NCBI GenBank assembly: GCA_951406725.2
Contig: OX597830.1
Coordinates: forward strand, 37,076,001 to 37,140,000
DNA length: 64,000 bases
Origin: Octopus vulgaris
Taxonomy: Eukaryota
Direction: 5' to 3'
A program made the translations under genes and the position numbers. Numbering within the stretch: the stretch's first letter is position 1; every line of letters begins with the position of its first letter. Shown here in pieces: positions 57,013 through 64,000 of the stretch. The notes under the pieces are model-generated. The model ran no database searches. It saw only the letters and a list, made by a program, of their open reading frames with translations, and was not told where the DNA came from.

Positions 57013-57015
<3 letters not shown>
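56615..57015 (-). mobile_element. SINE family A, full length, between (TA)n tracts
   Basis: Head AGGCGCAGGCGTGGCTGTGTGGTAAG..GGTTCAGTCCCACTGCGTGGCACCTTGGGCAAGT; tail ..GCAGTCAAATGACTGAAAC. Confidence 0.92.
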
Positions 57016-57061
<46 letters not shown>

Positions 57062-57318
57062 TTATATATGCATATGTATTTGTGTATGCATACATACACA
57101 TACTTGCACACACACCCATACCCACCACACAAAAACTCACTCCCATATAAGTAAACAGATAGAGATATCGTATTCTAATTGGGAAAATTTATTTAAACTG
57201 TATTGCACTCGGTATAGAGATATAGAGTAATGTATTTGCACATATATTCAATATATAAAAATGGTAAATTTGCATGGAAGAAAAGACTCATCCTGAGTGT
57301 CGGGTAATATGAATGCAT

Positions 57319-57353
<35 letters not shown>

Positions 57354-57659
57354 TATATATATACACATATACTTTTTATTCATATATATATATGTGGGTG
57401 GGTGTGTGTAGTCTGTGTGTGCGAGTACATATATAAATGTGATTGCGCATGTATGTATATACCGCTCATGTATACCCACGCATGCGCACACACACACATG
57501 CTCATACACATCAATATGAGTAAAAACTATACACGCAGATGTGTACATAGGAAGAAAGTTTCTCGATCCGGTATAGAATAAATAATATATTTCTGAAAGA
57601 GAGAAAAAAAAAAAAATAAATAAAATTTCGTGTTCAAGAATTTTCATAACAGAAGAGAG

Positions 57660-58600
<941 letters not shown>

Positions 58601-61092
58601 GTCTATATGCATGCATTTACTCACATATGCATACATACGTACATACATACGCATGCACACACATGTACACAGGTAAACAGATATGTACGTAAATGATGTG
58701 TGTTGGTATATTCTATGCAACATTGTAGATAACAGAGGTGAAATATAATCTCATGACGTATTCAACGTGACCTCAATTCTGTAAGTAATATCACGGGAAT
58801 CTTAAGTTCTGTTTAGTGAGTTGTACCTTACATAGTAACTATTTCGATATCTAACATATCTCATCGCTATTTAAAGACATTTTTACAGCCATTCTTAAAA
58901 ATTCACTTCGTAGTCATGAGCCTCCTTGTTCTATTTGTGTCTTTCTGCTTATATTTTCGTTGAACAAATTATTGCTTAGACAAATTAGCAGTGAGAAACC
59001 GTGCAGGATGAAAATGTTATCAGTTTTAATACTATCGCCTAAAGTTTCTATGTTATTATTTTTTTGCTATCTTTCGGTTCAGGGCTGAATATATATTGAT
59101 TTCTTACGAATTCCTCCATAATGAAAAAATATAGTAAGATACATTTTCTGATGCAAAAACGTAGTAGTTTAACTTGACATGATTTTAAAATCAATATTTA
59201 TGCGAAAAAATAGAAGTGTTAATGTATGTGAATATTCTCAAGAGCCACAGCAAAGTCCCTACCACCAATTCTTAGAACATCAACTCAACAACGAAAAAAT
59301 GTGAGGTTTAGAGTGGTTAATTAGAATATCTCTACATAGTCGCCTAGATTTACTATGAAATGTACCTGAAATTATAACCTATCGTCTTAGAAAAACACAG
59401 AAAAACATTTTTATATTGCACAATAATACTATAGGTGTAAGGTACAAAGGAAAATCGCGATCATTACTTCTATATTTGCTCACTTAGATCTAACAGAACT
59501 CTAAATACAGCAGCAACAACCAACAATAGTAATGAACAGCAACATCATTAAATCGTCGAGTAGTACTTTTGAATGAAATATTTTGATAGTTACCTTTAAC
59601 AAGACGTGATTTACTATTTTAAGCAACTTCAAAGTGTCAAGACCAAAGAAGATCTAAAAACAAAAACAAAACGTAAGCAACAACAACAACAACAAAACTT
59701 TGATGTATTTCGTACATTTTAAAATTCGAAGAAAAACAATTTTTTTCAATTCTAAATCTGTTTCTTGTTATTTAGATTTCATCACTTATTTTAATCTACG
59801 TAAGATATTAGATGGTTTTCAAAGGCTGAATAACAAACGAGAACTTTCTCGTAGAGACTTAGATTTTTTCGCCCCTCTTTTTTCCTTAATGTCCAGAAAA
59901 TATTAAAGAAAAATTCTGAAATATTTTCTACTTCTTCGAGTCCGAAACTAAAAGCAATTTACTTTAATTGAAAATATTTCTTTCATCTACATACCAAAGA
60001 AAATTGCAAAAAAACAAATACTAATATAAAGTAAATTACAAATATTAAATGTTTTGTGAGATTAAATATTTTAGCCCATTCATACACGAGTTGAAATTCG
60101 CATATGTGTTAGCAGTTATTAATATTAATATTCTGTTTAAAGTCAGCCACATATTTAATAGCTAGGCTTTAATACAAACATATCAAAGTCTAGCATTTCA
60201 TAGATTATTCACCTTTATACAAGAGAATTGCTTCCCCAACGCTAACATAAATTCCAACATCAACTTCAAGCGTTTATTCAAATAATACTAAGCTGAGGCC
60301 ACATCTCGCAAGTCAGGATTTCCTACGTCCTATATCCTTTTAACAATAAAGAAAATATTGTCACCTCTTAAGTTTGTGTACAGTGATGTGTATGAAGTCT
60401 GATTCGGTAATTATGTGAGCTTAAGAAGAATAGAGAGGAGGGACGAGAGGGCATGAGTGAATGAATATGAGTGTCAGCTGGCATAATTTAACCTTAAGCT
60501 ACTAATTTAACCCTCAGGTACTTGAACTCCATGTTGCAGATCATTAAAACTTGGTGGGTTTGGACGTCTACTGTTTTTGATATTGACTTAAGCCCATTGT
60601 TTATGATACTTGATGTAGACTATTATAACACTCTATTCTCTCTTGTCTGTCAGTTTTCTCTCTGTGTCGCATGTTACAATTTTTTTAGAAGGTAAGTTAG
60701 TTTAATCAAAGTTTGAGTTATCTCTCAAAATCTAGTCATTCACCTGTATTTTTTGCCGACATCAGTCAAGTGATTTGTGTGAATTTTTTGAGTGGTGTTG
60801 TTGAACTTTTCACAGATGCTTTTACTAGTGTAGTCCGCCTGATGATGGGTTACATCTCAAGCAGCACGCTTGCATACATGCAAAAAAGAAAAAAAAATGA
60901 GTGATGCGTTGCTTTACGCTTAGGTTCTTACATTTGAATATTTCAGAATAACTGTTATGCATACACACATAGATACATGCATGGATAAACATATATACAC
61001 ATATATATAAATACATTTATACATACATACATGCATATATACATACATTATGACATACATATAACTACACACACACACGCACACACACACAT

Positions 61093-61147
<55 letters not shown>

Positions 61148-61358
61148 TGCATACATGCCTACATACACACACATACATACATAAATACATACATACATAC
61201 ATACACACACACATGTATAGCTGTGGTTTATTCTGTTAGGAACGTGAAAGAGTACAGTATGAAGTTCGTCCACCTTCAGAATTCAAACAACGACTGACGG
61301 ATCGGATGGTCTTGCAATCGACGATTTTAAACTAATTGAGACTATACTCGCATATCAC

Positions 61359-61454
61359 CTGAGGTAACACAACTAGACCTCATTATGCAAACAAGCAGTT
61401 GCATAATCAAATACCTGTATTCCCGGAGAACTACGTTGCGTCGAAACGATTGTA
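61359..61454 (+). ncRNA. Degenerate hammerhead-like motif with long stem II
   Basis: CTGAGGT-AACACAAC..ATTATGCAA/TTGCATAAT..GTTGCGTC-GAAAC-GATTGTA. Confidence 0.3.
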
Positions 61455-61617
61455 ACGAATAACTATCCAACTATACTCCTTCTTATTGACTCGTTTCTTT
61501 ACACACACACACACACACACGCACACACACATATATAACGTATCTTATTGCATTATATATATATATATGTGTGTGCGCGTGTGTGTGCGTGAGTGTGTGT
61601 GTATAGTTATATGCATA

Positions 61618-61821
61618 TTCTTTTATTCTTTTACGTGTTTCAGTCATTTGATTGGGGCCATGCCCGAGCACCGCTTCTTAGTCTAAGAAATAGACCCCTT
61701 GTAATCTTGGTACTTTTTCTATCGGTCTGTTCTGCCGAAACACTAGGTTACGGGGACATAAACACACCAACATCGGTTGTCAAGTGATGGTAGGGGCACA
61801 AACACAGACACAAAGACATAC

Positions 61822-61864
<43 letters not shown>

Positions 61865-62036
61865 CATACATACATACATACATACGACGGGCTCCTTTCA
61901 GTTTCCGTCTACCAAATCCGCTAATAAGGCTTTGATCGGGCCGAGGCTATACCACATTACACTTGCCCAAGTTGCCAGCAGTGTGACTGATCCCGGAACC
62001 ATATGGTTGGGAAGCAAGCTTGTTACCACACAGCCA
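61618..62036 (-). mobile_element. SINE family A
   Basis: Colinear with 56615-57015; internal (TA)n. Confidence 0.88.
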
Positions 62037-62160
62037 CAACAAATAATATATATGACACTTACATATAATATGTATGATTAATAATTTTGTGTCTACCTAC
62101 CTATCTGTCTGTTTTCTCTTTCCCATATCTTCTTTTTCTCTCAATTTAAATATATACACA

Positions 62161-62205
<45 letters not shown>

Positions 62206-62784
62206 GTATATATATATGTATGTATATATGTATGTATGTATGTATGTATATGTATAAGCAGACACTTATACACTCCTAACGCTGGTGTCATATATTAGAT
62301 TAACTGTTTTTAAAACTGCATATCGCTCTGTATTATCCAATTCAGCAGCTGTTATATTCACAGATTTAAACTTTGGAATCATATCCGGTTTTGCTTGAAT
62401 TGCATATATATTTATCTGTGTGAATAGACCAGCTTCTCTATCCCCCCTCTCTATCCCCTCACCTTTTTCTCTCTCTCTCTATGTATATATGTTCACGCAT
62501 ATATCTTTATATGTTTTCTAGAAATCTTTATTTATATCATTACTTTTCATTCTCATAAACAGCGTGTCTTGTGTCAGCGTGTTGTACTAACCGTAAATTT
62601 CAGACATTTCTGCATTGTAAAATTCTGCTCACTGATTCGTTAAATGACTAGAATGTTTAGCAAAGAACGCTACAGACAGCAACTAATATATTCGCATAAT
62701 AATTTACTCGAAAATTCTACAGTAATTCAGTTCTCGAATTCTATTATAATTCACTCTGGTTAAAGAAAGAAAATGAAATTTTTC

Positions 62785-62952
62785 TACGTAGTTATGATTG
62801 GAACGATGGACGTGTCACCGACACGAACTAGAAGTACTATTCGAACAAGAAAAATTAAGGAATGTTCTCAGACAATCTGGAATATGGCTACACGGAGCCG
62901 ATGGCCTAGCAGTCTCACAGGATATGTACGGACAGAGGGGGAACACTTTTAG
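62785..62952 (+). mobile_element. Possible Tc1/maT transposase C-terminal relic
   Basis: LERWTCHRH.. then, in another frame, ..RWPSSLTGYVRTEGEHF* resembles the RLxxCVxAEGxHFE terminus. Confidence 0.35.
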
Positions 62953-63609
62953 AAAAAAAAAAAAAGAAATTAAGAAATATTTTCGTTGAAGGAGTTTAAT
63001 TACAAAATCAAACAGTCCTTAGTAAATATTTTATGCATACAATTAAATACATCAACACGAAGAAATATCTTTGTAGAAAAATAAACAAAATTCCGTTCGA
63101 TAATGAAAAAAAAAGTATGCATTAAAAAACAACCACCTTCAATGATAAATAATAACAAAATGTGTATTTCCGTAATGTCATTCAACAAAACTATATTCAA
63201 ACAAGCACAGCCTTTTGATATGAGTCACTAAATGTGAGCAGAGGCAAAGCAAAGTCGGGATACATAAACAACGTCAGTAAAACAAATTATATGAAATTCA
63301 GATTATCCCCAAAAATGTCAATTGTTTCAACTCCAGGTTTCACTGAATCTCACGATAAATGTGGTGAAAATTGCCAAATTCTCGTAACCCTACCCCATCA
63401 ATAGATACCAGAAACTATTTACCATGAGCAAAGTAAGAATAGATACAGCTATTAAAGAAGCCTATAACGATTACATAAATTAAGTTACATATATTAAATT
63501 TTGTGAAACTACCACTGAACGACCTTGGTAAAACAACGCTTTTGAAAATAACCACTTAAGTTGCCGGTGATGTTCGCATGGAGCGATTATGACTATTATT
63601 ATGAACATA

Positions 63610-63718
63610 GAATATATATACATATATATGTATATATGTGTATATATACATACTTACATACATACATATATATATATATATACATACATATACATATACA
63701 TATATATACATATACATA

Positions 63719-63750
<32 letters not shown>

Positions 63751-63783
63751 CATACATATACTTACATACATATACTTACATAC

Positions 63784-63869
<86 letters not shown>

Positions 63870-63882
63870 TGTATGTATATAT
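63610..63882. repeat. (TA)n/(CATA)n microsatellite
   Basis: Directly visible. Confidence 0.95.
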
Positions 63883-64000
63883 AGCAAGTGACTAAGGGTA
63901 CTGGTTAGCACAAGCATTGCTAGGAACAGAAGCCAATGGCTCACTTATAAGCGCGTTATCGTGGCTTAAGAGTTGTTTTGACTCTTATTTCTAGCAACGG

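Noticed and set aside
60744-60868. Candidate minus-strand exon with polypyrimidine tract and AG|GTGAAT donor
   Set aside because: Stops in all three frames from the acceptor; unsupported.

Overview
AT-rich, microsatellite-saturated eukaryotic (animal) DNA with no host protein-coding gene that I can support. The SINE families and repeat landscape point to a coleoid cephalopod, probably Octopus (inference). Almost all ORFs in the track are translations of simple repeats. The real content is mobile DNA: (i) seven R4/Dong-type RLE non-LTR retrotransposon fragments, mostly sitting in (TAA)n tracts, including a young 5'-truncated copy (36539-38153) next to a perfect 1737-bp (ATT)579 array; (ii) a young Tx1-type LINE inside (TCTA)n with three stacked 3' ends; (iii) an RTE LINE 3' end with two C2H2 fingers and a (TGTA)n tail, plus older RTE relics; (iv) a degenerate Penelope-like element and several hammerhead-ribozyme-like motifs; (v) mariner, maT/DD37D, Tc2-like, hAT-like and Helitron DNA elements; (vi) at least three tRNA-headed SINE families, plus a non-coding TAA-associated element. 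Most interesting: a Meta-type SINE copy whose 3' tail matches the Tx1 LINE 3' end, a tRNA-head plus hammerhead element duplicated in tandem, an unclassified element with 330-bp near-perfect inverted arms, and several retroelement families that each occupy a different microsatellite motif.
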